A DNA stretch of 64,000 nucleotides from an uncultured SAR86 cluster bacterium (GTDB taxonomy: Bacteria > Pseudomonadota > Gammaproteobacteria > Magnimaribacterales > D2472): contig CACJML010000001.1 of NCBI GenBank assembly GCA_902594515.1, forward strand, positions 78,121-142,120, written 5' to 3'. Shown in pieces: positions 1-8,742 of this stretch; the stretch's first letter is position 1, and every line of letters starts with the position of its first letter. The position numbers and the translations under genes are program-made. The notes beneath the pieces were generated by a model, which made no database searches, was not told the DNA's origin, and saw only the letters and a list, made by a program, of their open reading frames with translations.

Positions 1-255
1 GACGGCTGTATGACATGACTGGTATTTTGGTTTAATGGAGTATTGTGTTTTAATTTTTTGAAGATTTTGATGATCCTTTATCATCATAGAAAAACTATTA
101 TCCTCAAGATGTTTGACCCATTTCTTGCAACAGCCACAAGTAGGTGTCTTATGAACAAGGAGTGAAAATTTGTTTTGGGCAGATGTATATTCTTGCTCAA
201 AAGAGCTAAGTGAAATTGAAAAAATGATGAATGTGAAATTAAAAAATTTACTCAT
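1..255 (-). CDS. DUF411/CopG-like periplasmic metal-binding protein, N-terminal 85 codons (3' end runs off the window)
   Basis: Not in the ORF track because it is open at the window edge. The minus-strand ATG is at 255-253. My translation is MSKFFNFTFIIFSISLSSFEQEYTSAQNKFSLLVHKTPTCGCCKKWVKHLEDNSFSMMIKDHQNLQKIKTQYSIKPKYQSCHTAV. It has a signal-peptide-like N-terminus, then CGCC..W and SCHTA motifs that I associate with the DUF411/CopG family. Confidence 0.6.
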   Translation of the reverse strand, partial: MSKFFNFTFIIFSISLSSFEQEYTSAQNKFSLLVHKTPTCGCCKKWVKHLEDNSFSMMIKDHQNLQKIKTQYSIKPKYQSCHTAV

Positions 256-256
256 A

Positions 257-664
257 TTAGTTTAAAAAGATTTGAGCAAATGCCATGTAAGCAATGATCA
301 ACCATCCAGATGCAAAAAGAAAGAATCTTATTAAAATTATGTTGATTGTTATCTGCACAATCGAATGAAGAATTCTTATGAGCACAAAAGCCCATGCTAT
401 TTGAACCATTAACTCATTAAAGTTATTAATTAAAGCTATTGATAAAGTAAGTGCATAAAATGCTACTGGTTGTTCAAAGAGATGATTATAGTTATCTGCA
501 GTCCTATTTACCCAACTAGGCAGCTGATCTTTGTAATCTTTTGAATTTGCTGCATCTTGAGGGTTCTTCATGAATCTGACTCGACCAAAAGCCATCATTA
601 AGAAGATTAGAAAAGTCCAAATAATTAAAGTGAGTATTGGTGTTAAAAGTGCTAGCTGATTCAT
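257..664 (-). CDS. MAPEG-family small membrane protein
   Basis: 135 aa with about 4 hydrophobic segments. The NRTADNYNHLFEQPVAFY and LIRILHSIVQ stretches resemble the N-x-x-E and R-x-x-H signatures of bacterial MAPEG proteins. The family call is from memory. Confidence 0.5.
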   Translation of the reverse strand: MNQLALLTPILTLIIWTFLIFLMMAFGRVRFMKNPQDAANSKDYKDQLPSWVNRTADNYNHLFEQPVAFYALTLSIALINNFNELMVQIAWAFVLIRILHSIVQITINIILIRFFLFASGWLIIAYMAFAQIFLN

Positions 665-749
665 ATTTTTTCCTTTGAAGCTCAGGTTATCATAATCAGC
701 TTAAATATTTATCTTAAAATTTGATATTAAATTAATTAACTATAAAATA

Positions 750-804
750 TGCAATATCGTGATTTGATCCTATTGCGGCGATTAAAAATAACTTGCTAAA
801 ACGG
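750..804 (+). promoter_or_regulatory. Candidate SAM-II/SAM-V-like pseudoknot RNA element in the metH leader
   Basis: There is a 6-bp stem between 751-756 (GCAAUA) and 771-776 (UAUUGC). Loop bases 762-769 (AUUUGAUC) can pair with 780-789 (GAUUAAAAAU) to form an H-type pseudoknot. UUGCUAAAA follows at 793-801. The GAUUU / UUGC / A-rich linker / GCUAAAA order matches my recollection of SAM-II/SAM-V cores. No covariance model was run. Confidence 0.35.
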
Positions 805-841
805 AATTCCTAGGATTAATCACAATACAAAATTTAAACTT

Positions 842-3800
842 TTGGATAGATTAATGAAAAATTTACCTGAATCATCAGCCAGAAAAAGGTTAAGTGAGCT
901 GCTTGATTCACAGATAGTTCTTCTTGATGGTCCTATGGGCACCATGATTCAGTCTTATGACTTAGACGAAGAAGATTTCAGAGGTGATAAATTCAGAGAC
1001 TGGAAATTTGACTTAAAAGGAAATAATGATCTTTTGAACATTACAAGACCAGAGATCATTCAAAATATTCATGATGAATTTATTAGGGTGGGCGCAACTA
1101 TTATTGAGACGAATACCTTCAATTCTAATGCGCCTTCAATGGCTGACTATGGGATGGAGAATTTGGTCTATGAACTAAATTTTGCCGGAGCCAAACTTGC
1201 AAGAGAGTCTGCTGACAGATTAGGAAAATCAGAAAACAGAGATATTTTTGTTGCTGGCGTTTTGGGTCCTACAAACAGAACTTGCTCACTGAGTCCGAAC
1301 GTTGAGGATCCCTCTTATAGAAATATTAACTATGATCAATTGGTTGATACATTTACTGAGTCTACCGAAGCTTTGTTAGATGGTGGCGCAGATTTTATAT
1401 TTATAGAGACTATTTTTGATACTCTTAATGCAAAGGCTGCAATATTTGCGGTAGATAAAGTATCTACTGAGAGAGGAACTGATATTCCACTCATGATTTC
1501 AGGAACCATTACAGATGCCTCTGGAAGAACTTTATCAGGGCAAACAACAAAAGCATTTTGGCATTCAGTCAAACATGCAAAACCGATCTCAATTGGATTG
1601 AATTGCGCTCTAGGTGCGGAGGAACTTCGTCCGTTTCTAAAAAGATTATCCGATATTGCTGATTGCTACGTTAGCGCTCATCCAAATGCTGGGATGCCAA
1701 ATCAGTTTGGTGAATACGACCAAACAGCGTCTGAAATGGCAACAATATTAGAAGGATTTGCTAGTGAGGGCTTTTTAAATATTGTGGGTGGGTGTTGTGG
1801 GACAACTCCTGAACATATCTCCATGATTAGAGACATAATCTCAGATAAAAAACCTCGTAAACCAGCAAATCCTGCAAAAGCAATGCTGCTATCAGGTCTT
1901 GAACCAGTTGATATTGACCCAAGTGGTCTATTCATTAATGTTGGCGAAAGAACTAATGTTACTGGTTCAGCTAAATTTAGAAAACTTATTGAAGCTGAAA
2001 AATTTGATGAAGCAATACAAATTGCTAGGCAACAAGTTGAAAATGGCGCTCAGGTGATTGATATCAACATGGATGAGGGAATGCTTGACTCAGAAGGTGC
2101 CATGGTTAAATTTCTGAACTTGCTTGCAGGCGAGCCCGATATAGCAAAAATTCCTTTCATGGTCGATTCAAGCAAATGGTCAATTATTGAAGCAGGCCTT
2201 AAATGCATTCAAGGAAAACCAATTGTTAATTCGATTTCTCTTAAAGAAGGGGAGGAACTTTTTCTTGAACAAGCTAGGCTTATTAAAAGATATGGTGCTG
2301 CTGTTGTGGTAATGGCTTTCGATGAGGAGGGCCAGGCAGATACGCTTGAGAGAAAGGTAGAAATTTCAAAACGTGCATATGACCTTTTAACGAAGGAAGT
2401 TGGTTTAGATCCACATGATATTATTTTTGATCCGAATGTTTTTGCAGTTGCGACCGGCATCACTGAACATAATGAATATGGAAAATCATTCATAGATGCA
2501 TGCAAAGAAATAAAAAGTTGTTGTCCATGTTCTTCAATTTCAGGTGGAATTTCCAATGTCTCTTTTAGTTTTAGGGGAAACGATACACTGAGAGAGGCAA
2601 TGCATTCCGTATTTTTATTCCACTCAATTAAAAATGGCTTAAATATGGGAATAGTAAATGCAGGCCAGCTTGCTATATATGATGAGTTGCCCGAGGAGCT
2701 AAGAGATGCAGTTGAAGATGTAATTTTGAATAGAAATCCTGATGCAACTGAAAATTTGCTCAATCTGGCACCTAAATATGCAGGTAAAAAAGGATCTCAG
2801 CAAAATGATATCAGCCAAGATTGGCGTAAGCTTGATGTGAATGAAAGGCTTAATCACTCACTTGTTTCAGGTGTTGATACTTTTGTCATCGAGGATGTTG
2901 AAGAGGCAAGATTGCTCGCAGAAAGACCTTTAGATGTTATTGAGGGGCCATTGATGGATGGCATGAATAAAGTTGGTGACCTTTTTGGTGCTGGTAAGAT
3001 GTTCCTTCCACAAGTAATTAAATCTGCAAGGGTCATGAAAAAAGCGGTTGCTTATTTAGTACCTTACATCGAAGCAGAGAAAGGCGGTCAAGCCATGGAA
3101 TCAAGTGGAAAAATGGTTATAGCTACTGTTAAAGGTGATGTTCATGACATTGGTAAAAATATCGTTAGTGTAGTGTTGCAATGCAATAACTTTGAAGTAA
3201 TTGATCTGGGAGTTATGGTGCCAACAGAAAAAATCTTAGATGTTGCTGAGGCCGAAAATTGTGATCTCATTGGTTTATCAGGTTTGATCACACCGTCATT
3301 GGATGAAATGGTTGGGGTTGCAAAGGAGATGGAAAGGAGGAATCTAAAGATTCCACTTCTTATAGGTGGCGCTACCACAAGCCCTGCACATACTTCAGTA
3401 AAAATAGATCCAGAATACAGCGGCTCAGTAGTCTACGTTAAGGATGCTTCAAGATCTGTAGGGGTTGCGCAAAAATTGATGAACCAACCAGATGAATATA
3501 AACAAGAATTGGATAAAGCCCATGTTAACAAAAGAGAAGCTTTCGCTTCAAGAAAAGCATCTCCCCTTAGACCTTTTGAAGATGCACGGGCAAGAAGACC
3601 AAAAATAGATATGTCATTAAAAACTGTAGCACCTCTTAAGCTAGGTATATCTGAATTAAATCCATCACTCGAAGAGTTACAAGATTACATAGATTGGATG
3701 CCTTATTTTAATGCATGGGAGTTTAGCGGAAGGTTTCCTGACTTGTTAAGCGACCCCTCAAAGGGTCCTGAAGCCAGAAAACTGTGGAAAGATACTCAAG

Positions 3801-4516
3801 TCATTCTAGAAAGATTAATTAAAGAAAAATGGCTTAGCCCCAAAGGAATTATTGGATTATTTCCTGCAAGATCTTTAGGGGATGCAATTGGAGTTACAAA
3901 AACTGATGGTTCGAACGAGGAAGCTATTCTGCATTGTCTAAGACAACAGAAATCTAGAGATGACCTTGATTCGTTTTCTTTGGCAGATTTTGTTGATACA
4001 ACAGATGACTTTATAGGTGCTTTTGCTGTGACAGCCGGACATGGTATTGATAAATACATTGAAGATTTTGAGAGAGATCTAGATGATTATAATTCAATCA
4101 TTTTAAAAGCATTGGCTGATCGCTTTGCAGAAGCCTTCGCTGAATATGCCCATCATAAAGTCAGGACTGAATTTTGGGGATATGCTGCCAAGGAATCGCT
4201 AGATAATGAGGCTTTCATAAAAGAAGAATACCAAGGCATACGTCCTGCGCCTGGATATCCATCATGTCCAGATCATCGTCTTAAAAATGATATTTGGGAT
4301 TTATTAGATGTTGAGAAAAAAATTAACATATCTCTTACAGACTCTCTAGCAATGTGGCCAACCGCAAGCGTAAGTGGATTATATTTTTCTCATCCCCAAT
4401 CTCGCTACTTTCAATTAGGAAGGATTGATAAAGATCAGGTTGAGGCCTACTCAAAGTCAAGAGGGGAAAGCATTGATGAAAATGAAACTTGGCTCTCACC
4501 TGTTTTAGGGTATTAA
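842..4516 (+). CDS. metH: Cobalamin-dependent methionine synthase
   Basis: 1224 aa and collinear with E. coli MetH. It has the N-terminal [11 protein letters not shown] Hcy-binding region, the B12-binding D-x-H-x-x-G motif (GDVHDIGKN), and a C-terminal reactivation domain. The track starts at TTG 842. ATG 854 (MKNLPE..) is an equally plausible start. Confidence 0.97.
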   Translation: MDRLMKNLPESSARKRLSELLDSQIVLLDGPMGTMIQSYDLDEEDFRGDKFRDWKFDLKGNNDLLNITRPEIIQNIHDEFIRVGATIIETNTFNSNAPSMADYGMENLVYELNFAGAKLARESADRLGKSENRDIFVAGVLGPTNRTCSLSPNVEDPSYRNINYDQLVDTFTESTEALLDGGADFIFIETIFDTLNAKAAIFAVDKVSTERGTDIPLMISGTITDASGRTLSGQTTKAFWHSVKHAKPISIGLNCALGAEELRPFLKRLSDIADCYVSAHPNAGMPNQFGEYDQTASEMATILEGFASEGFLNIVGGCCGTTPEHISMIRDIISDKKPRKPANPAKAMLLSGLEPVDIDPSGLFINVGERTNVTGSAKFRKLIEAEKFDEAIQIARQQVENGAQVIDINMDEGMLDSEGAMVKFLNLLAGEPDIAKIPFMVDSSKWSIIEAGLKCIQGKPIVNSISLKEGEELFLEQARLIKRYGAAVVVMAFDEEGQADTLERKVEISKRAYDLLTKEVGLDPHDIIFDPNVFAVATGITEHNEYGKSFIDACKEIKSCCPCSSISGGISNVSFSFRGNDTLREAMHSVFLFHSIKNGLNMGIVNAGQLAIYDELPEELRDAVEDVILNRNPDATENLLNLAPKYAGKKGSQQNDISQDWRKLDVNERLNHSLVSGVDTFVIEDVEEARLLAERPLDVIEGPLMDGMNKVGDLFGAGKMFLPQVIKSARVMKKAVAYLVPYIEAEKGGQAMESSGKMVIATVKGDVHDIGKNIVSVVLQCNNFEVIDLGVMVPTEKILDVAEAENCDLIGLSGLITPSLDEMVGVAKEMERRNLKIPLLIGGATTSPAHTSVKIDPEYSGSVVYVKDASRSVGVAQKLMNQPDEYKQELDKAHVNKREAFASRKASPLRPFEDARARRPKIDMSLKTVAPLKLGISELNPSLEELQDYIDWMPYFNAWEFSGRFPDLLSDPSKGPEARKLWKDTQVILERLIKEKWLSPKGIIGLFPARSLGDAIGVTKTDGSNEEAILHCLRQQKSRDDLDSFSLADFVDTTDDFIGAFAVTAGHGIDKYIEDFERDLDDYNSIILKALADRFAEAFAEYAHHKVRTEFWGYAAKESLDNEAFIKEEYQGIRPAPGYPSCPDHRLKNDIWDLLDVEKKINISLTDSLAMWPTASVSGLYFSHPQSRYFQLGRIDKDQVEAYSKSRGESIDENETWLSPVLGY

Positions 4517-4540
4517 ACAAAAAATTTTATTGCTATTACT

Positions 4541-6448
4541 ATGAGAATTAGGAGCTTATTTTTCAGCCTTACTACTATTTTGACTCTATCATTTTCATCC
4601 AGCATGGAAGCAGAAATTGGTGAAACGATTGTAGCTGCATCCTTGTTTCCAATCAGTATTTATGACTCTGCAAATTCAATAAATGTTATATCCTCCCAAG
4701 ACATTGAGAACACTCCACATTTAAACCTTGCAGATTTGCTTAGAGATGTTCCAGGAATATCTGTAAGTCAGAGTGGTGTTTTAGGATCACAAATTCAGGT
4801 TAGAGTAAGAGGGAGTGAAGCAAATCATCTTCTTGTTCTCATTGATGGAGTTGAAGTTAATAATGCCTCCCAGAATGATGAATTTAATTGGGGCAACATC
4901 ATCACAACTGACATTGAAATGATTGAAGTTGTCCGCGGACCACAAAGTTCAATTTTTGGAAGTGATGCCATGGCTGGAGTTGTTAATATCATCACAAAAC
5001 GTGCAACAACCTCTAAAAGTACAAATGTTTTCTCAGAGCTTGGTAGCTTTAATTCTCATAAGTATGGATTTAGTAATGGGGCTTCAAATAGCAATTTAGA
5101 TTACCGTTTTGGAGCTACAAAATTTAAGACAGACGGTGCGAATATTTCAAGGTCTGGCAATGAAAAAGATGGATATGAAAATGATTCTCTAAACTTTAAA
5201 TCAAATTTAAAAATTAGTCATACCTCTGAGCTTTCACTTATCGGAAACTACAGCTCGGGTAATAATGAATATGATGCTGATGCAGATTTTGACGGTTTGG
5301 TGGACGATCAAGATAAATATGCTAAATTTAAAAATCATCACTTTGGTTTTAAATATAATTATCTTGATTCAGAGGGTAATCTAAGTCAGCAGATCTTAAT
5401 TTCAGAATCAAACAATCAGAGCTCTGACTATACTAATGATATTTTTGATACAAAAGTAAAGTCATCAAAAAATCAGATTAGATCTATCAGCACGCTTTTT
5501 TGGAATAACTCCAATCAACGTATTTCATTATTACTTGAGCATGAGAATGAGGATTTTAAGCAACAGGGTCCAATCAATGATTACGGGATTTATGGCATCT
5601 TTGATCCTAATCAACAACGTACAAGAAAAACTGATAGCGCATCAATTGAATACAGAACCAGACTTAATCAGGGGTCTATTTTTGCAGTCAGCTCGCGTTA
5701 CGATAAGAATTCTCAATTTAAAAGTGGAACTACTGTAAGGGCAGAATTGATTTTACCCTTATCTAAATCATTAAAATTAAGAGGCAGCTATGGCACAGCC
5801 ATAAAGAATCCAACTTTCACTGAGCGTTTTGGCTACTACACAAATTTTATTGGTAATCCAGATTTACAGCCGGAGTATTCAAAAAATTTAGAGCTTGGAT
5901 TTGATTTTGATTTGCAAAATTACAACAGTTCTTTTTCATCTACATTATTTAAATCCAGATTGGTTGATGAGATTAATGGAAATTTCTTAGATCCAGTTAC
6001 TTTTGGATATACAGCCATTAACTTGGAGGGCAAGAGTCTTAGAGAAGGAGTCGAGTTGAATTTTTCAAGAAAACTTTCTGAGAGATTTAGAATTAATGGA
6101 TCCTATACCTATACTGATTCTATTGAGCCAAATTCCGGCGGAATGTACGTTGATGAGCTTAGAAGACCAAAGCATATTTCAAGCCTTAATATAAATTGGA
6201 ACTCATCCAATAGATTGTTTTTGACCGCCAATATTAGGCACAGAAGTTCACAAATTGATATAGTCTTTCCTAATAGAGTCACCTTACCTGAAGTTACACT
6301 ACTGAATATAAACGCAAAATATAAATTGAATAATAAATTTATTATTAACTTCCAACTTAATAATTTGCTGGATGAGTCATACGAAGAAATTTATGGGTAT
6401 AGAGCTTTGGGCTTTTCAGCACATCTTGGAATAAGGTATCAATTTTAG
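4541..6448 (+). CDS. btuB: TonB-dependent outer-membrane receptor, BtuB-like (probable cobalamin/corrinoid receptor)
   Basis: It has a signal peptide and a TonB-box-like ETIVAAS (E. coli BtuB has DTLVVTA). The plug segment VRVRGSEANHLLVLIDGVEVN resembles E. coli IRGTNASHVLVLIDGVRLN. It ends in a terminal ..GIRYQF. It lies between metH and cobO. Confidence 0.8.
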   Translation: MRIRSLFFSLTTILTLSFSSSMEAEIGETIVAASLFPISIYDSANSINVISSQDIENTPHLNLADLLRDVPGISVSQSGVLGSQIQVRVRGSEANHLLVLIDGVEVNNASQNDEFNWGNIITTDIEMIEVVRGPQSSIFGSDAMAGVVNIITKRATTSKSTNVFSELGSFNSHKYGFSNGASNSNLDYRFGATKFKTDGANISRSGNEKDGYENDSLNFKSNLKISHTSELSLIGNYSSGNNEYDADADFDGLVDDQDKYAKFKNHHFGFKYNYLDSEGNLSQQILISESNNQSSDYTNDIFDTKVKSSKNQIRSISTLFWNNSNQRISLLLEHENEDFKQQGPINDYGIYGIFDPNQQRTRKTDSASIEYRTRLNQGSIFAVSSRYDKNSQFKSGTTVRAELILPLSKSLKLRGSYGTAIKNPTFTERFGYYTNFIGNPDLQPEYSKNLELGFDFDLQNYNSSFSSTLFKSRLVDEINGNFLDPVTFGYTAINLEGKSLREGVELNFSRKLSERFRINGSYTYTDSIEPNSGGMYVDELRRPKHISSLNINWNSSNRLFLTANIRHRSSQIDIVFPNRVTLPEVTLLNINAKYKLNNKFIINFQLNNLLDESYEEIYGYRALGFSAHLGIRYQF

Positions 6449-6458
6449 GAAAGGGCAA

Positions 6459-7064
6459 TTGAAAAACAAAGGTCACACTACTCATAAAGCTAAAATGGAA
6501 AAGCTCAAGAAAAATGTTGATGCTTCGATATCTGCAGCCACTATTGATAAGGGTGTTGGTATTTTGCTTACTGGCAATGGCAAGGGAAAATCAAGTTCAG
6601 CTTTTGGAATGGTAATGCGTGCACTTGGGTATGGCTATAAAGTTGCAGTTATTCAGTTTTTAAAAGGAGCACAATCATCTGGAGAGGAAAAATTTATTCA
6701 AGACAATTTTCCTGAGGTCCTCTTTCATCAAATGAAGACCGGATATACATGGGACACTCAAGATAGAGACAAGGATAAAGCTGCTGCTATTTCATCTTGG
6801 AAGGTAGCAAAAAAAGCTCTTGCAGATAAAAGTTTACATCTTGTGGTACTTGACGAATTGACTTACATGTTAAGTTTTAAATATTTAGATGAGTCTGAAG
6901 TCATTCAAGCGCTAAACAATAGACCACAAAATCAGTCAGTAGTTATAACTGGAAGAGGGGGAGGTAAAAAGTTAAAGAATTGGGCTGATACCGTTTCAGA
7001 AGTAAGAGATATTAAGCATGCATTTAATTCTCAAATTATGGCAAGAAAAGGTGTCGATTATTAA
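6459..7064 (+). CDS. cobO: Cob(I)yrinic acid a,c-diamide / cob(I)alamin adenosyltransferase
   Basis: GILLTGNGKGKSSSAFG..VAVIQFLKG matches the BtuR/CobO motif GNGKGKTTAAFG..VVQFIKG. The TTG start at 6459 is preceded by AGGAAAGGG as a Shine-Dalgarno sequence. An internal ATG at 6495 lacks one. Confidence 0.9.
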   Translation: MKNKGHTTHKAKMEKLKKNVDASISAATIDKGVGILLTGNGKGKSSSAFGMVMRALGYGYKVAVIQFLKGAQSSGEEKFIQDNFPEVLFHQMKTGYTWDTQDRDKDKAAAISSWKVAKKALADKSLHLVVLDELTYMLSFKYLDESEVIQALNNRPQNQSVVITGRGGGKKLKNWADTVSEVRDIKHAFNSQIMARKGVDY

Positions 7065-7099
7065 ACCTACTGAGGAATTAATACTAGAGGTGTGATTTA

Positions 7100-7591
7100 A
7101 TGAATCTATTCATGAATAAGAGTTTAATGCTACTTGTCGGTCTATTGATTGTCAGTCGACTGATAGGCCTGCCCACTAATTTTTCACCAATGTTAGCAGT
7201 CGCAATTTTTATGCCTCGCTTAACAAGTCGAAAAAGTATTCAATCTTTTTTGCCTGCTGGAGTAATGTTACTTACGAGCATATTTTTGCCCCCAGTAGAC
7301 TTATTAATTTTATTTTGCATTATCTTTATTTTTCTCATTACCCCAATAGTAAGCAGACAGATAAATAATCTTGTTTATTCTTGCATAAGCAATGTTCTTT
7401 TATGGTTTTTTGTTGTTAATGGTGCCGTTTGGATATCTGGTGGCGGCTCTTTAATTGAAATATATATTGCGGCGATACCTTTTGATTTTAGGCTACTATT
7501 AAGTACGAGCCTATATCTTCTACTTTTTAATTCCCTTGAAAAGTTTGTTAAAGCACATTCTCAACATAACAAAAAAATCTTAGATTCTTAA
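7100..7591 (+). CDS. Small polytopic membrane protein of unknown function (candidate corrinoid-associated transporter component)
   Basis: 163 aa with about 5-6 hydrophobic segments and an N-terminal LPTNFSPMLAVAIF motif. An AGAGGTG Shine-Dalgarno sequence lies upstream. It is the last gene of the metH-btuB-cobO string. Confidence 0.6.
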   Translation: MNLFMNKSLMLLVGLLIVSRLIGLPTNFSPMLAVAIFMPRLTSRKSIQSFLPAGVMLLTSIFLPPVDLLILFCIIFIFLITPIVSRQINNLVYSCISNVLLWFFVVNGAVWISGGGSLIEIYIAAIPFDFRLLLSTSLYLLLFNSLEKFVKAHSQHNKKILDS

Positions 7592-7618
7592 AAAGACATC
7601 CATAAAAATATTAAGAAT

Positions 7619-8344
7619 TTATTCAGCTCTTAATATTAATAAGATTGCCAATACGGAAAGCAAAAACTTTAAGACAGTTTGAAAAAGTTTAAAGTCAATT
7701 TTATTAATTAACCTTCTTCCAGCCTTCGTGCCAAAATAACCCATCAAGCCAAGAAAAACGATCAGAGGAATATAGTTTAATAACGAGAAACCGATAACAC
7801 TCATAAATAATATAATTTTTATTGAATGCTGAAAGACCATCACCAGCCCATGATTAGCCACCAACGACTCTGGTGATAAACTTTTTAGCCTCATAAATGC
7901 TGTGACGATTGGTCCATTTGCACCTATAAAAATACCAGCGACTCCTGCAAGCAAACCACATATTAAATCATTTGCTAAGCCATGCTTAATAAATTTATTT
8001 ATTGGCACCCAGGTTAGAAAGAGAATTGAACAACCAATGATCAAGGTAAGAATATATTCATCAAGGTTTTGAAAAATAAATATCGCGATCAATGACCCAA
8101 TAAATGAAGCCCATAAAATAGTTTTTAAAATCCCAAAGTTAATATGCTCCTTATAGACATACACTCTAGAAATGTTGTTAAGAAGTTGAACAGAGGCATG
8201 CAAGGGTATTAATGCTGATGCACCCACAAATTGCCCTAGGGATGCAAGCATGATCATGCCTCCACCCACACTAAAAATGGCAGTAATCATTGAAGTAAAA
8301 AATGAAATAGCTCCAAGAATTAAGTAGATCTCAAGAGACGTCAA
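7619..8344 (-). CDS. TSUP (TauE/SafE, DUF81) family anion exporter
   Basis: 241 aa and polytopic. The N-terminal ..FFTSMITAIFSVGGGMIMLASL.. is typical of the TSUP family. Confidence 0.8.
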   Translation of the reverse strand: MTSLEIYLILGAISFFTSMITAIFSVGGGMIMLASLGQFVGASALIPLHASVQLLNNISRVYVYKEHINFGILKTILWASFIGSLIAIFIFQNLDEYILTLIIGCSILFLTWVPINKFIKHGLANDLICGLLAGVAGIFIGANGPIVTAFMRLKSLSPESLVANHGLVMVFQHSIKIILFMSVIGFSLLNYIPLIVFLGLMGYFGTKAGRRLINKIDFKLFQTVLKFLLSVLAILLILRAE

Positions 8345-8645
8345 GGTACTTATTTATTTTTTTAAGAAATCTTCTAAGTGATTTAGTGATTTCATTTTCT
8401 TTTAGATTTTCAATAACTTCTGATTGCGAATAACCATCCCAAAAGTGAAGCTCATAATTTTCTTTTACTTGCTTTATTTCAATTGATGGCGGATCAACAT
8501 TATTTTCATCAATTACAAAAATTCTTATGTTCTCATCAATTGTGAGATCAATTTTTTCAAGGTTATTAAAATAAGATTTAATCTGATTCTCAATTCTTTT
8601 AGAGAGAGGAAATTCATACATTGCATGATAAATACTTTTTTTCAT
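8331..8645 (-). CDS. Hypothetical small cytoplasmic protein
   Basis: The ORF track begins at TTG 8681. I prefer ATG 8645 (MKKSIYHAMYEF..), which is preceded by GAGG. Its 3' end overlaps the TSUP gene start by 14 nt. I recognise no family. Confidence 0.5.
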   Translation of the reverse strand: MKKSIYHAMYEFPLSKRIENQIKSYFNNLEKIDLTIDENIRIFVIDENNVDPPSIEIKQVKENYELHFWDGYSQSEVIENLKENEITKSLRRFLKKINKYLDVS

Positions 8646-8742
8646 ACTTATTACCTCATAAATCAATTTTAATAATAGCAAATGAATCCCAGTAGATTAC
8701 TTAGATATTTTAAAGAAAATTGATTCAAGCTAAGATAAGTTA

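Noticed and set aside
665-749. An inverted repeat AAGCT..AGCTT and AT-rich tracts lie upstream of the candidate riboswitch and could form a MetJ/MetR-type operator.
   Set aside because: It is a 5-bp stem with a 15-nt loop. It has no resemblance to met-box repeats (AGACGTCT) and cannot be distinguished from background.
2209-2763. There are long antisense ORFs inside well-supported genes. The 184-aa ORF here is one. Others lie at 1336-1572, 1702-1935, 11227-11577, 20363-20674, 47210-47542, 48704-48925 and 59010-59315.
   Set aside because: They lie fully within strongly homologous genes on the opposite strand. Their composition is low-complexity and Ser/Ile/Phe-rich, typical of shadow frames in AT-rich DNA. 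They show no recognisable motifs.
4517-4540. I expected a cobalamin riboswitch upstream of the BtuB-like receptor.
   Set aside because: The gap is only 24 nt, far too short for the element. I saw nothing resembling a B12-box in the 3' end of metH either.
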